Shown one piece after another: positions 33,749 to 44,036 of a DNA stretch of 64,000 nucleotides. Under the pieces are notes generated by a model. That model was not told where the DNA came from. It did no database searches and saw only the letters and a list, made by a program, of their open reading frames with translations. Positions within the stretch are counted from its first letter, which is position 1. Each line of letters starts with the position of its first letter. The stretch is from Thermoanaerobaculia bacterium (GTDB lineage Bacteria; Acidobacteriota; Thermoanaerobaculia; Multivoradales; JAIOJS01). Where the stretch lies: assembly GCA_036005845.1 (NCBI GenBank), contig DASYQD010000018.1, positions 13,333 to 77,332 of the forward strand. The letters run 5' to 3'. The position numbers and the translations under genes were made by a program.

Positions 33749-35083
33749 ATGCCGCAAGCCGCTCTGGCGCCGCCGCGGCCTGCGGTGAGCGCGCTCCTCG
33801 CCGAGTGGGGGAGGTCCCCCGACGACCCGCGGCTCGAGGTCGACGCGCGCGACGAGATGCTCGGCTTCCTGCGCGAGCTCCACGGCGGCGACGAGGAACA
33901 GGCGCTCGCTGCCTACTACCGGAGCGGGGCCGCCATTGCCGCCGTGTACCTGCAGGTGCTGCGCTGGCGTTTCGGCAAGGCGAGCGCGGTGCCGTCGCTG
34001 CTCGACTTCGCCAGCGGCTACGGCCGCGTGACCCGGTTCCTGCTCGACGCAGTGCCGGCGCGGGCGCTGACCGCCGCCGACGTCCTTCCCGGCGCCGTTG
34101 CCTTCCAGCGCCGCACCTTCGGCGTGCAGGCGGCCGCGTCGGCCACCCGGCCGGAGGAGCTCGAGCTGCCGGGGCCGTTCGCCGCCATCCTGGTCACCTC
34201 GCTGTTCACGCACCTGCCTGACGCGCGCTTCCGGTCGTGGCTCGCCGCATTGCTCGCGCGGTTGGCGCCCGGCGGCGTGCTCGCTTTCAGCACCCACGAC
34301 TTGGCGCTGTTGCCGCCCGAGCAGCGGACGGCGCGCGGCCTCGTGTTCCAGCCGCACAGCGAGATCGCCGACCTCGCGGTCGAGGACTACGGCTCGACCT
34401 GGGTCGACGAGTCCTTCGTGCGCGACGCGCTCGCCGCCACGGGCCGCAGGGTGGCCGCTCGCCGCTTCACGCGCGCTCTCCTCAACCACCAGGACCTGTG
34501 GCTCGTCGTGGACGAAGTGGATGGAGCCGACGCGTTCGCCGGCCTGCAGTTGCAGAGCGAGCCCGAGGTCGTGGTGGAGGAGTGCGAGCTCGCCAGCGGG
34601 TCGCTGGCGCTCGCGGGCTGGGCGCACGCGCGGCAGGGGACTGTGGCGCGCGTGGAGGCGAGCCTCGACGGCGTACGGCTCGGCGCCGCTGTGGTGGATC
34701 AGCCGCGTGCCGACGTCGCCGCCGTGCTGGGTCCCGGCGCGGAGCGCAGCGGCTGGGGCCTGCGCCTCGCGTTGCCGCCGAGCTTCTCGCCGGTCGACTC
34801 AGTGCTGCTGCTGCGTGCCGTCGACCGCGCCGGCCACGCGCATCCGGTGTGGGTAGGGCGCCCACTCGTCCTCGCCCTGCAGTCGCGGGCGTTGCAGGCC
34901 CGCGAGGCGCGCGCCGCGCTCCACGTCGCGCGCCGCGAGCTCGCCGAGCACCGCGCCTGGGCCGCGCACGAGATCGAGGGCTTGCGTGCCACCGTCGCCG
35001 CCATGCGCGCCAGCCGCTTCTGGAAGCTGCGCGATGCCTGGTTCACGGTGAAGCGCGCGCTGCGCTTGACGGACGAGAGCTAG
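33749..35083 (+). CDS. class I SAM-dependent methyltransferase with C-terminal extension/coiled coil
   Basis: Motif I LLDFASGYGRVTRFL. ATG at 33749. 444 aa. Confidence 0.6.
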   Translation: MPQAALAPPRPAVSALLAEWGRSPDDPRLEVDARDEMLGFLRELHGGDEEQALAAYYRSGAAIAAVYLQVLRWRFGKASAVPSLLDFASGYGRVTRFLLDAVPARALTAADVLPGAVAFQRRTFGVQAAASATRPEELELPGPFAAILVTSLFTHLPDARFRSWLAALLARLAPGGVLAFSTHDLALLPPEQRTARGLVFQPHSEIADLAVEDYGSTWVDESFVRDALAATGRRVAARRFTRALLNHQDLWLVVDEVDGADAFAGLQLQSEPEVVVEECELASGSLALAGWAHARQGTVARVEASLDGVRLGAAVVDQPRADVAAVLGPGAERSGWGLRLALPPSFSPVDSVLLLRAVDRAGHAHPVWVGRPLVLALQSRALQAREARAALHVARRELAEHRAWAAHEIEGLRATVAAMRASRFWKLRDAWFTVKRALRLTDES

Positions 35084-35087
35084 CGCC

Positions 35088-37577
35088 GTGGACGCGGCGT
35101 GGTCTCCCGCGGCGCTGCTGCCGGCCGCCCTGGTGCTCGCCTGCGGCGCCGCGCTGCTCGCCGCGCTGCGCCGCTGGTACGACGCCGTGCCCTGGCGCGT
35201 GGCGGCGGCGTTCGCGCTGCTGTTGGTGCTGCTGCTCTGGCCGGTGCTCGTCGGCGGCAAGGTGCTGCTGCCGCTCGGCAACCTCGTCGGCTTCCCGCCC
35301 TGGCGCGGTCTGCCGCCGCCGCAGCCGCCGACGCATGCGATCCAGGGCGACCTCGTGCACCAGATCGTGCCCTGGCAGGCGGAGGTGCGGCGGTCGCTCG
35401 CCGACGGCCGCTGGCCGCTGTGGAACGAGCACGCCGGCGCCGGCATGCCGCTGATGGCCGACCCGCAGTCGCAGGTCTTCCAGCCTTTGGTCGCGGTGGC
35501 GCTGCCGCTGCCGCTGTCGGCCGCGATGGGCGTCACCGGAGCGCTGCGCATCCTGCTGGCGCTGGTCGGCATGTTCGTGCTGCTGCGGCGCCAGGGGATC
35601 GGCGAGGCCGCGGCGCTCGTCGGCAGCGTCGGCTACGGCCTGTGCGGCGCGATGCTGCTCTGGCTCGGTTGGCCGCTCGCCAACGCGGTGGCGTGGACGC
35701 CGCTAGGCCTCTACGCAGTGGTTCGCTGCCACCGCGACGGCGGCCGGCGCGACGTCGCGCTGCTTGCCGCGGTGACTGCGGCGCTGCTGCTCGGCGGCCA
35801 TCCCGAGACGATCGTGCAGTCAGGTGTGCTGATAGGACTGTTCGTGCTCGCGTGCGCATGGGAGCGGCGGCGGAACGGCTCGCCGGTTGCGCCGTTCGTG
35901 CTGCGCTGCGCCGGCGCGGCGGCGGTTGCCGGGCTGTTGCTGGCGCCGCTGCTGTTGCTGCAGCAGGGCTACCTGCCGGCGACCGATCGCGCCACCGCTC
36001 TGCGCTGGTTCCTGGCGATGCCGTCGTTGACGCAGCTGTGGTCGTTCTGGCAGCGGGCCGAGGCGTGGCGCGCCTGGGCGGCGCGCGTCGAGCCGCAACT
36101 GCTGTCGCTCTTCGCGTTGCGCGCGTGGGGCGGCCACGAGCTGTTCTGGGGCGAGGCGAACTTCGTCGAGCAGGGGTCGGCATCGGTGGGCGCAGCGGTC
36201 GGCGTGCTGGCTGTGGCGGCGGTGATGCGGCGCCGGGCGCGGATGCCGCAGGAGTCGCTGCTGATCGGCTTCTCCACGGTCGCGCTGCTGCTGATCGCCA
36301 AGCCGCCGCTGATCTACCGGTTCGTCGGCCAGCTGCCGCTGCTCGGACCCTCGTCGGTGCACGAGAACCACCGGCTGATGCTGCTCGTGGCGCTCGCTGC
36401 GTGCTATCTGGCGGCGTGCGAGGTCGAGCGATGGACGCGCGGCGAACGCGCGCCGCGCGCGCTGGCGATCGGCGCCGCGATCGTGGTCGGCGTGCTGGCG
36501 TGGGCGTACCTCGGGCACCTACCTCCGGGCAGCGCGGAACGGACGGTGCAGGCGTGGTGGCTGGCGCTGCAAGTCGCGGCCGGGCTATTCGTTGTCGGTT
36601 TGACTTTCTTGCTCGGGTCGGCCATTCGACTGCGCCGATCGGCGCCTTGGCTCCTCGCCGTCGTCGTCGCGGCCGAGCTGGTGACGCTGCACCGGAGCGC
36701 CCTCGTACCGGCGCCCTCGCGGCTCTTCTATCCACGCGCGCCGAGTCTCGACTACTTGGCGCAGCACCTCGGCGGCGACCGCCTGGTGGCGCTCGCCGAC
36801 ACGCTGCCCGCCAACTTCGCCCAGGTCCTCGGTTTCAATGACGTGCGCATCGACGGTCCGGCGCGGCCCAACGCCTACGTGCAGCTGATCGACCCGCTGC
36901 GCGACCCCGGCCCGGTGACGCTCGCCAACGCCGCGCAGCTCGGCCAGCCGGGAGCGCGGCTCTACGATCTGCTCGGCGTCCGCTACGTGCTCGGCCCGCC
37001 CGGATGGGAGCTGCCGCTGCCCGTGGCCTACCGGGACGGGTCGCTGTGGATCTACGAGCATCCGCGCCCGCTGCCGCGCTTCTTCCTGCCGCCGGCGGCC
37101 ACCATCTACCGCGGCGCCGACTGGACCGCCTGGTTCCGCCGCCAGCGCGACTTCGCCGCGCGCGCCCTCGTCGCCGCCGGCCCGCCGGGCGCCGACGCCC
37201 CGCGATGGCGCGCGCGCCGCGGCCGCGCCGCCTTCACCTTCGCGCGTCGCGAAACCACGCGCTGGACCGCCGACGTGCGCGCACCGGAGCCGCGCCTGCT
37301 CACCGGCGCCGTCTACCAGGACGGCGGCTGGCGCCTCCTCGTCGACGGCCGCCCGCACGAGACCGTGCCCGCCAACGGCCCCCTCTTCGGCGCCTGGCTC
37401 CCCGCCGGCGAGCACCACCTCGACCTGCTCTACCGCCCGCGCCGCTTTGTCGCCGGCTGCCTGCTCGCGGCGCTCGCGCTCGCTGCCGGCCTCGCCTGGC
37501 TGACGCCGCCGCCGCGCTCGCCGACGCGATCCGGACGGCGCCCCTGCCGGCGAGGAGCTGCTCGCGTGGCTGCGTAA
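35088..37577 (+). CDS. YfhO-family membrane protein (bacterial membrane glycosyltransferase family)
   Basis: 829 aa with N-terminal multi-TM region, large extracytoplasmic domain and C-terminal TM. Start 5 nt after the methyltransferase stop. Confidence 0.65.
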   Translation: MDAAWSPAALLPAALVLACGAALLAALRRWYDAVPWRVAAAFALLLVLLLWPVLVGGKVLLPLGNLVGFPPWRGLPPPQPPTHAIQGDLVHQIVPWQAEVRRSLADGRWPLWNEHAGAGMPLMADPQSQVFQPLVAVALPLPLSAAMGVTGALRILLALVGMFVLLRRQGIGEAAALVGSVGYGLCGAMLLWLGWPLANAVAWTPLGLYAVVRCHRDGGRRDVALLAAVTAALLLGGHPETIVQSGVLIGLFVLACAWERRRNGSPVAPFVLRCAGAAAVAGLLLAPLLLLQQGYLPATDRATALRWFLAMPSLTQLWSFWQRAEAWRAWAARVEPQLLSLFALRAWGGHELFWGEANFVEQGSASVGAAVGVLAVAAVMRRRARMPQESLLIGFSTVALLLIAKPPLIYRFVGQLPLLGPSSVHENHRLMLLVALAACYLAACEVERWTRGERAPRALAIGAAIVVGVLAWAYLGHLPPGSAERTVQAWWLALQVAAGLFVVGLTFLLGSAIRLRRSAPWLLAVVVAAELVTLHRSALVPAPSRLFYPRAPSLDYLAQHLGGDRLVALADTLPANFAQVLGFNDVRIDGPARPNAYVQLIDPLRDPGPVTLANAAQLGQPGARLYDLLGVRYVLGPPGWELPLPVAYRDGSLWIYEHPRPLPRFFLPPAATIYRGADWTAWFRRQRDFAARALVAAGPPGADAPRWRARRGRAAFTFARRETTRWTADVRAPEPRLLTGAVYQDGGWRLLVDGRPHETVPANGPLFGAWLPAGEHHLDLLYRPRRFVAGCLLAALALAAGLAWLTPPPRSPTRSGRRPCRRGAARVAA

Positions 37578-37617
37578 GGGCGCGCGCATGAACTGCGCAG
37601 CACTGAGCCCGCGACGA

Positions 37618-39018
<1,401 letters not shown>

Positions 39019-39040
39019 GTCTTCACGAATGAACGCGGCC

Positions 39041-40774
39041 TCACGGCGTCACCGAGGTGGCGGCGTACTCGGGCAGCTCGTCGGCGATCAACGGCGCCGC
39101 GCCGCCGATGGGCAGCTCGGCGGTGATGGCGGTGCCCGAGCCTGGCGCCGTCTCCACGTGCACCTGGCCGCCGTGCTCCTGCAGGATGCGGTAGACGATC
39201 GCCATGCCGAGGCCGGTGCCCTGGTCGAAGAACGACTTGAAGGGCTGGAAGAGCTTGGCGCGCTCCTCGGCGCCCATGCCGCGGCCGGAGTCGGCGACGC
39301 AGAGCTGGTACATGTCGCCGGCGATGCGGCCGCTGATGCGCAGCGTGCCGCCGCCGGGCATCGCCTTGAGCGCGTTGCGGGCGAGGTTCCAGAAGATCTG
39401 GCTCACCTGGTCGGGGTCGGCGTAGATGCGGGCGCTGGGCGGGTCGAGCGACACGTCCAGCCGGTGCCGCGCCTGCAGCTCGGGGCTGTTGGAGAGCAGC
39501 TCGACGTGCTCGGCGAGCAGGCGCGCGACGTCGAACCAGGCGCAGGCGCGCTCCTTCGGCCGCGCGAACTGCAGGAAGCTCTTGATCGTGCGGTCGAGCC
39601 GCTGGCTCTCGCGCAGCACGATCTGCAGCAGCTTGCTGCGCTGCGGGTCCTCCTCGGCCGCCGGCGAGAGCATCTGCACCGAGCCCGAGATGGCGGCGAG
39701 CGGGTTGCCGATCTCGTGCGCGATGCCGGCGGCGAGCTCGCCCACCGCCGCCATGCGGTCCTTCATGCGCAGCTCGGCCTGCAGCGCCCGCCACTCGGTC
39801 AGGTCCTGGAAGACGACGATGTAGCCGCCGAGGCTGGCATGGGCGTCGGTCAGCGGGCTGACGGTGAAGCCGAACCAGCTCGTCCCCTGCTGGCCGCCGC
39901 CGTCGTACTCGGCGCGCACCCAGCGGCTGCGCCGGCTCTCCTCGGTGAGCACCTCCCAGCGCTCGGCAGGGAAGAGCTTCGCCTCGGCGATGTGGCAACC
40001 CATAAGGCGCTCGGCGTGCCGGCCGAGGAGCTGGCCGCCGGCGCGGTTGAGGCTGGTGACGATCCCGTCGCGGTCGGTGGTGATGAGCCCCGACGAGATC
40101 GACTGCACGACGTCGTGGTAGACGACCTGCAGGTCGGCGAGGTTCTCGCGCTGCTCCTGCAGCTCGCTCTCGGCGAGGGTGGCGTTCTTCGCCAGGTAGG
40201 AGGTGAAGAAGGCGACGCCGTAGAAGCCGAGCAGGTGGATGCCGAGCTTGTAGATGAGCAGGAAGACGGAGATCTGCTCGACGTCGACGGCGGCGGGGAA
40301 CCAGCCGTAGTGGAGACCGAGCAGCGTCGTCGCATAGAGCAGGTAGGCGACGTTGGCGACCAGCACCGCCGAACGCCGCCGCAGCAGCGCCGCCGCGACG
40401 CTGATGACGATCAGGTAGAGCATCGAGAACGGGCTGCCGCTGCCGCCGAACCAGTAGACGAGGGCGGTGATGAGCAGCAGGTCGCCCAGGAACTGCGCAT
40501 ACGCCTGTACCTCGGCGGGCGCGCGCGCGCCGAGCAGCCCGAGGTAGACGAGCGAGAACCCGTAGGCGAGGCCGAGGAGCACGAAGACGAAGCGCGGCGC
40601 GATGAACAGCGCCGGCTCGCGCGGCAGCAGGGCGACGAGGAAGTAGAGCAGGAAGACGCTGGTCACCACCACCAGGCGGATGGCGACCAGCCACTTGAGC
40701 TGCCGGCGCAGCAGCCCGAGGTCGCGCGGCGCGCCGCGCGAGGTCACTTTCACCCGCCCGCCCGCGGCGCGCAT
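39041..40774 (-). CDS. pilS: sensor histidine kinase PilS-like (multi-TM N-terminus, PAS, HisKA, HATPase)
   Basis: 577 aa from ATG 40774. The track ORF (to 41749) overreads into pilC. H-box IAHEIGNPL. G-boxes DSGRGM / GTGLGMAIV. Confidence 0.85.
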   Translation of the reverse strand: MRAAGGRVKVTSRGAPRDLGLLRRQLKWLVAIRLVVVTSVFLLYFLVALLPREPALFIAPRFVFVLLGLAYGFSLVYLGLLGARAPAEVQAYAQFLGDLLLITALVYWFGGSGSPFSMLYLIVISVAAALLRRRSAVLVANVAYLLYATTLLGLHYGWFPAAVDVEQISVFLLIYKLGIHLLGFYGVAFFTSYLAKNATLAESELQEQRENLADLQVVYHDVVQSISSGLITTDRDGIVTSLNRAGGQLLGRHAERLMGCHIAEAKLFPAERWEVLTEESRRSRWVRAEYDGGGQQGTSWFGFTVSPLTDAHASLGGYIVVFQDLTEWRALQAELRMKDRMAAVGELAAGIAHEIGNPLAAISGSVQMLSPAAEEDPQRSKLLQIVLRESQRLDRTIKSFLQFARPKERACAWFDVARLLAEHVELLSNSPELQARHRLDVSLDPPSARIYADPDQVSQIFWNLARNALKAMPGGGTLRISGRIAGDMYQLCVADSGRGMGAEERAKLFQPFKSFFDQGTGLGMAIVYRILQEHGGQVHVETAPGSGTAITAELPIGGAAPLIADELPEYAATSVTP

Positions 40775-40788
40775 GGGCGCACCGGCCC

Positions 40789-41997
40789 CTACCCGATCTT
40801 CTGCAGGATCGAGTACATCGGCAGGTACATGGCGGCGACGATGAAGCCGATGATGCCGCCGAGCACGGTGATCAGCAGCGGCTCGATCAGCTTCATCATG
40901 CCCGCCACCGCGGTGTCGACCTCGTCCTCGTAGAAGTCGGCGATCTTCGACAGCATCTGGTCGAGGGCGCCGGTCTGCTCGCCGACGCCGATCATCTGCA
41001 CCACCATGGCAGGGAAGACCTTGGTCTGGCCGAGCGGGTCGGCGAGGGTCTTGCCCTCTTCCACCGCCTTGCGCACCGCCATGATGGCGTCTTCGATGAT
41101 GGTGTTGCCGGCGGTCTTGGCGGTGATCTCGAGGCCGTCGAGGATGGGCACGCCCGAGGAGGTGAGGGTCGACAGCGTGCGGCAGAAGCGCGCGATGGCG
41201 ATCTTTCTCAGCAGCATGCCGATGACCGGGATCTTGAGCAGCGCGGCGTCGACGATGCGGGTGAACTTCGGCTGCGACTTGTAGAAGCGGTAGAAGGCGA
41301 TGCCGCCGGCGATCAGCACCGGGATGACGAACAGCGTGTAGCTGGCGAGGAAGTTCGACAGCGCGATGACGACGCGCGTCGGCAGCGGCAGCTCGCTGCC
41401 GAGGCCGGCGAAGAGCTGGGCGAACACCGGGATCACCTTCCAGAGGATGATCCACACCACGCCGATGGCGATGAAGATGACGGCCGCCGGGTAGATCAGC
41501 GCCGACTTGACTTGGCTCTTCAGCTTGACCGACTTCTCGATGTAGGTCGACAGGCGCTGCAGGATGATGTCCAAGATGCCGCCCGCCTCGCCGGCGGCGA
41601 TCATGTTGGTGTAGAGCGCGTCGAACGCCTTGGGATGCTTGCGCATGGCGTCGGCGAGCGAAGCGCCCTGCTCGACGTCGGAGCGCGTCTTCTGGATGAT
41701 CTCGCGGAAGGTGCGCTGCTCCTCCTGCTCGCCCAAGATCTCCAGGCACTGCACCAGCGGCAGGCCGGCGTCGAGCATCACCGAGAACTGCCGCGTGAAC
41801 AGCGCCACCCGCTTCGAAGAGACGCCCTGCGGCAGCCGCGGCAGGATGGCGACCTCGCGCCCCTTCTCCTTGATGCTGGTGATCTGGATGTTCTGGCGGC
41901 GCAGCACCGCCTCGGCGGCGGCGCGGTTGTCGGCGAGCAGGATGCCTTCCTGCACGGCGCCGGTGCGGCTCTTGCCTTTCCAGGTGAAGTTCGGCAT
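40789..41997 (-). CDS. pilC: type IV pilus inner-membrane platform protein PilC (GspF family)
   Basis: 402 aa, duplicated T2SSF domains, 3 TM helices. Confidence 0.9.
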   Translation of the reverse strand: MPNFTWKGKSRTGAVQEGILLADNRAAAEAVLRRQNIQITSIKEKGREVAILPRLPQGVSSKRVALFTRQFSVMLDAGLPLVQCLEILGEQEEQRTFREIIQKTRSDVEQGASLADAMRKHPKAFDALYTNMIAAGEAGGILDIILQRLSTYIEKSVKLKSQVKSALIYPAAVIFIAIGVVWIILWKVIPVFAQLFAGLGSELPLPTRVVIALSNFLASYTLFVIPVLIAGGIAFYRFYKSQPKFTRIVDAALLKIPVIGMLLRKIAIARFCRTLSTLTSSGVPILDGLEITAKTAGNTIIEDAIMAVRKAVEEGKTLADPLGQTKVFPAMVVQMIGVGEQTGALDQMLSKIADFYEDEVDTAVAGMMKLIEPLLITVLGGIIGFIVAAMYLPMYSILQKIG

Positions 41998-42028
41998 CGG
42001 TGGCTCCTAGGTCCGAGTGATCGCGGGC

Positions 42029-43165
42029 TCAGCGTTCGGCGCCGGCGGTCGCGGGAGTGGGGGTCACTCCGCCGCCGATGGCGAGGCCGAGCGCCGCCGG
42101 GCCGCGGGCGATGATCTCCTGCAGCTCGTCGGGGTGCGAAGACCGCCCCATCGCGGTCTGCAGGCTGATCAGGCGGCGGAAGTACAGCGACGCCAGCGAC
42201 TGGTTCATCGTCTGCATCCCGAACTTCGCCTGGCCGGTCTGCATCATGCCGTAGATCTGGTGGATCTTGTCCTCGCGGATCAGGTTGCGGATCGCCGAGT
42301 TGGGGATCAAGATCTCCATCGACATCACGCGCCCCTTGCCGGTCGCCTTGGGCAGGAGCGACTGGCAGAGGATCCCCTCCAGCACGAACGAGAGCTGCAC
42401 ACGGATCTGCCCCTGCTGGTGGGCGGGGAAGATGTCGACGATGCGGTTGATCGTCTGCGCCGCCGAGTTGGTGTGGAGCGTGGCGAAGGTCAAGTGGCCC
42501 GTCTCGGCGATGCGCAGCGCCGACTCGACGGTCTCGAAGTCGCGCATCTCGCCGATGAGCACCACGTCGGGGTCTTCGCGCAGCGCCGAGCGCAGCGCGT
42601 TGCTGAAGCTGTGGGTGTCGGCGTGCAGCTCGCGCTGGTTGACGATGCACTTCTTGTGCGAGTGCAGGTACTCGACCGGGTCCTCGATGGTGATGATGTG
42701 CTCGGCGCGCTCGCGGTTGACCTTGTCGAGCATGGCGGCGAGCGTCGTCGACTTGCCCGAGCCGGTGGGGCCGGTGACGAGCACCAGGCCGCGCGGCTTC
42801 TCGCAGATCTTCTCGACGATCGTCGGCAGGCCGAGGTCGCGGAAGGAGCGGATCTCGTAGGGGATCTGGCGGAAGGCGGCGGCGATGGCGCCGCGCTGGT
42901 GGAAGACGTTGGCGCGGAAGCGGGCGAGGCCCTTGATGCCGAAGCTGAAGTCGATCTCGAGGTTCTCCTCGAGGCGGTGCTTCTGGTTGTCGGTGAGGAT
43001 CGAGTAGGCGATCTGCTTGGTTTCGCTGGGCGTCAGCGGCGGGTAGTTGAGCGGTTTGAGCCGGCCGTCGTGGCGAATCTGCGGCGGCGAGTTGGTGGTC
43101 AGGTGCAGGTCCGAGGCGCCCTGCTCGACCATCGTCTTCAGCAGCTCGTTCAGGGTCGGCGGCAT
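42029..43165 (-). CDS. pilT: twitching-motility retraction ATPase PilT
   Basis: Walker A GPTGSGKST, Asp/His boxes, and a C-terminal tetrapeptide region typical of PilT rather than PilB (378 aa). Confidence 0.9.
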   Translation of the reverse strand: MPPTLNELLKTMVEQGASDLHLTTNSPPQIRHDGRLKPLNYPPLTPSETKQIAYSILTDNQKHRLEENLEIDFSFGIKGLARFRANVFHQRGAIAAAFRQIPYEIRSFRDLGLPTIVEKICEKPRGLVLVTGPTGSGKSTTLAAMLDKVNRERAEHIITIEDPVEYLHSHKKCIVNQRELHADTHSFSNALRSALREDPDVVLIGEMRDFETVESALRIAETGHLTFATLHTNSAAQTINRIVDIFPAHQQGQIRVQLSFVLEGILCQSLLPKATGKGRVMSMEILIPNSAIRNLIREDKIHQIYGMMQTGQAKFGMQTMNQSLASLYFRRLISLQTAMGRSSHPDELQEIIARGPAALGLAIGGGVTPTPATAGAER

Positions 43166-43260
43166 TCCGGCTCCACTCCCTTCGAGGTGGACGCCACGAG
43201 ATCGCGGCCTCGCAAGAGGGCTCTCGTGGATGTGACGATTTTTGTCGGCCGGCAGTGTAG

Positions 43261-43293
43261 CACAAGCGAAAAGGCGGGCCCTGTGGCCCGCCT
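43261..43293 (-). terminator. rho-independent terminator for the cytochrome c gene
   Basis: 9-bp GC stem AGGCGGGCC/GGCCCGCCT with 4-nt loop. On the minus strand it is followed by TTTTCGCTTGT. ~55 nt past the stop at 43348. Confidence 0.5.
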
Positions 43294-43347
43294 CTCACCG
43301 ACGCCGCGGCGCGCGGCGTCGCGCCAAAACGAGTGGAGATCCCGCTG

Positions 43348-43920
43348 CTAGGTGCCCGGCTCCGCGTGCGGGATCGAGCGCAGGTACTCGTAAATGGCGG
43401 TGAGGTCGCGGTCGGTCATCTCGCCGAAGACCGGCCAGGGCATGACCTGGAGGAGCTCGTCGGGGTCGTCGGGGTCGTGGCCGGTGCGCATCAGGTTCTT
43501 GAACTCGGCGAGCGTCAGGCCGGCCGGCAGCCCGTCGGCGTCGGGGGTGATGTTGTCCGAGGTGAACGGACCGAAGGACACGCCGCCGGCGAGGTAGTGC
43601 TCGGTGTTGATCCGCTTCGGCTGGCCGAGGTACGGGTCGCCGCCGGGAGCGTAGGGCGGGTTCGTGTGGCAATCATTACAACCGCTCTGCGCATTGACGA
43701 TGTAACTGCCGAGGCCCACGAGGTCCCGGTCCTTGTGCCGCGTGTTCAGCGGTACGGGGGCGATCTTGAAGCCCGTGAGGATGCGGTCGAGCTCGGCATT
43801 GCCCGAGCGCGCCTTCTCGACCGCCTGCCCGCCGGCCGGCGGCGCGGCCGCCGAGACGCCGAGCACGCAGAGGACCAACACCAACGCCGCCGAGGCCACC
43901 AGCCACGCTCTCGTTCGCAT
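43348..43920 (-). CDS. secreted monohaem cytochrome c
   Basis: Signal peptide MRTRAWLVASAALVLVLCVLG and a single CNDCH motif. ~190 aa. Confidence 0.7.
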   Translation of the reverse strand: MRTRAWLVASAALVLVLCVLGVSAAAPPAGGQAVEKARSGNAELDRILTGFKIAPVPLNTRHKDRDLVGLGSYIVNAQSGCNDCHTNPPYAPGGDPYLGQPKRINTEHYLAGGVSFGPFTSDNITPDADGLPAGLTLAEFKNLMRTGHDPDDPDELLQVMPWPVFGEMTDRDLTAIYEYLRSIPHAEPGT

Positions 43921-44036
43921 CACGTCGCTCCTTCCTGTCATGCCGCCGTCAGCTGCCCTTCGAATGCTTCAGCGCAAAAACGCGCGCAGGGCATTCACGT
44001 GAGGTGCCAGCGCTCGCGCTGCTATCGTCCCGTTCG

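Noticed and set aside
37584-37598. short hairpin GCGCA-TGAAC-TGCGC between convergent yfhO and pilR
   Set aside because: 5-bp stem, no U-tract. Too weak to call a terminator.
39041-41749. 902-aa histidine kinase ORF
   Set aside because: The upstream 325 codons overlap pilC in another frame. PilS starts at ATG 40774 (577 aa).
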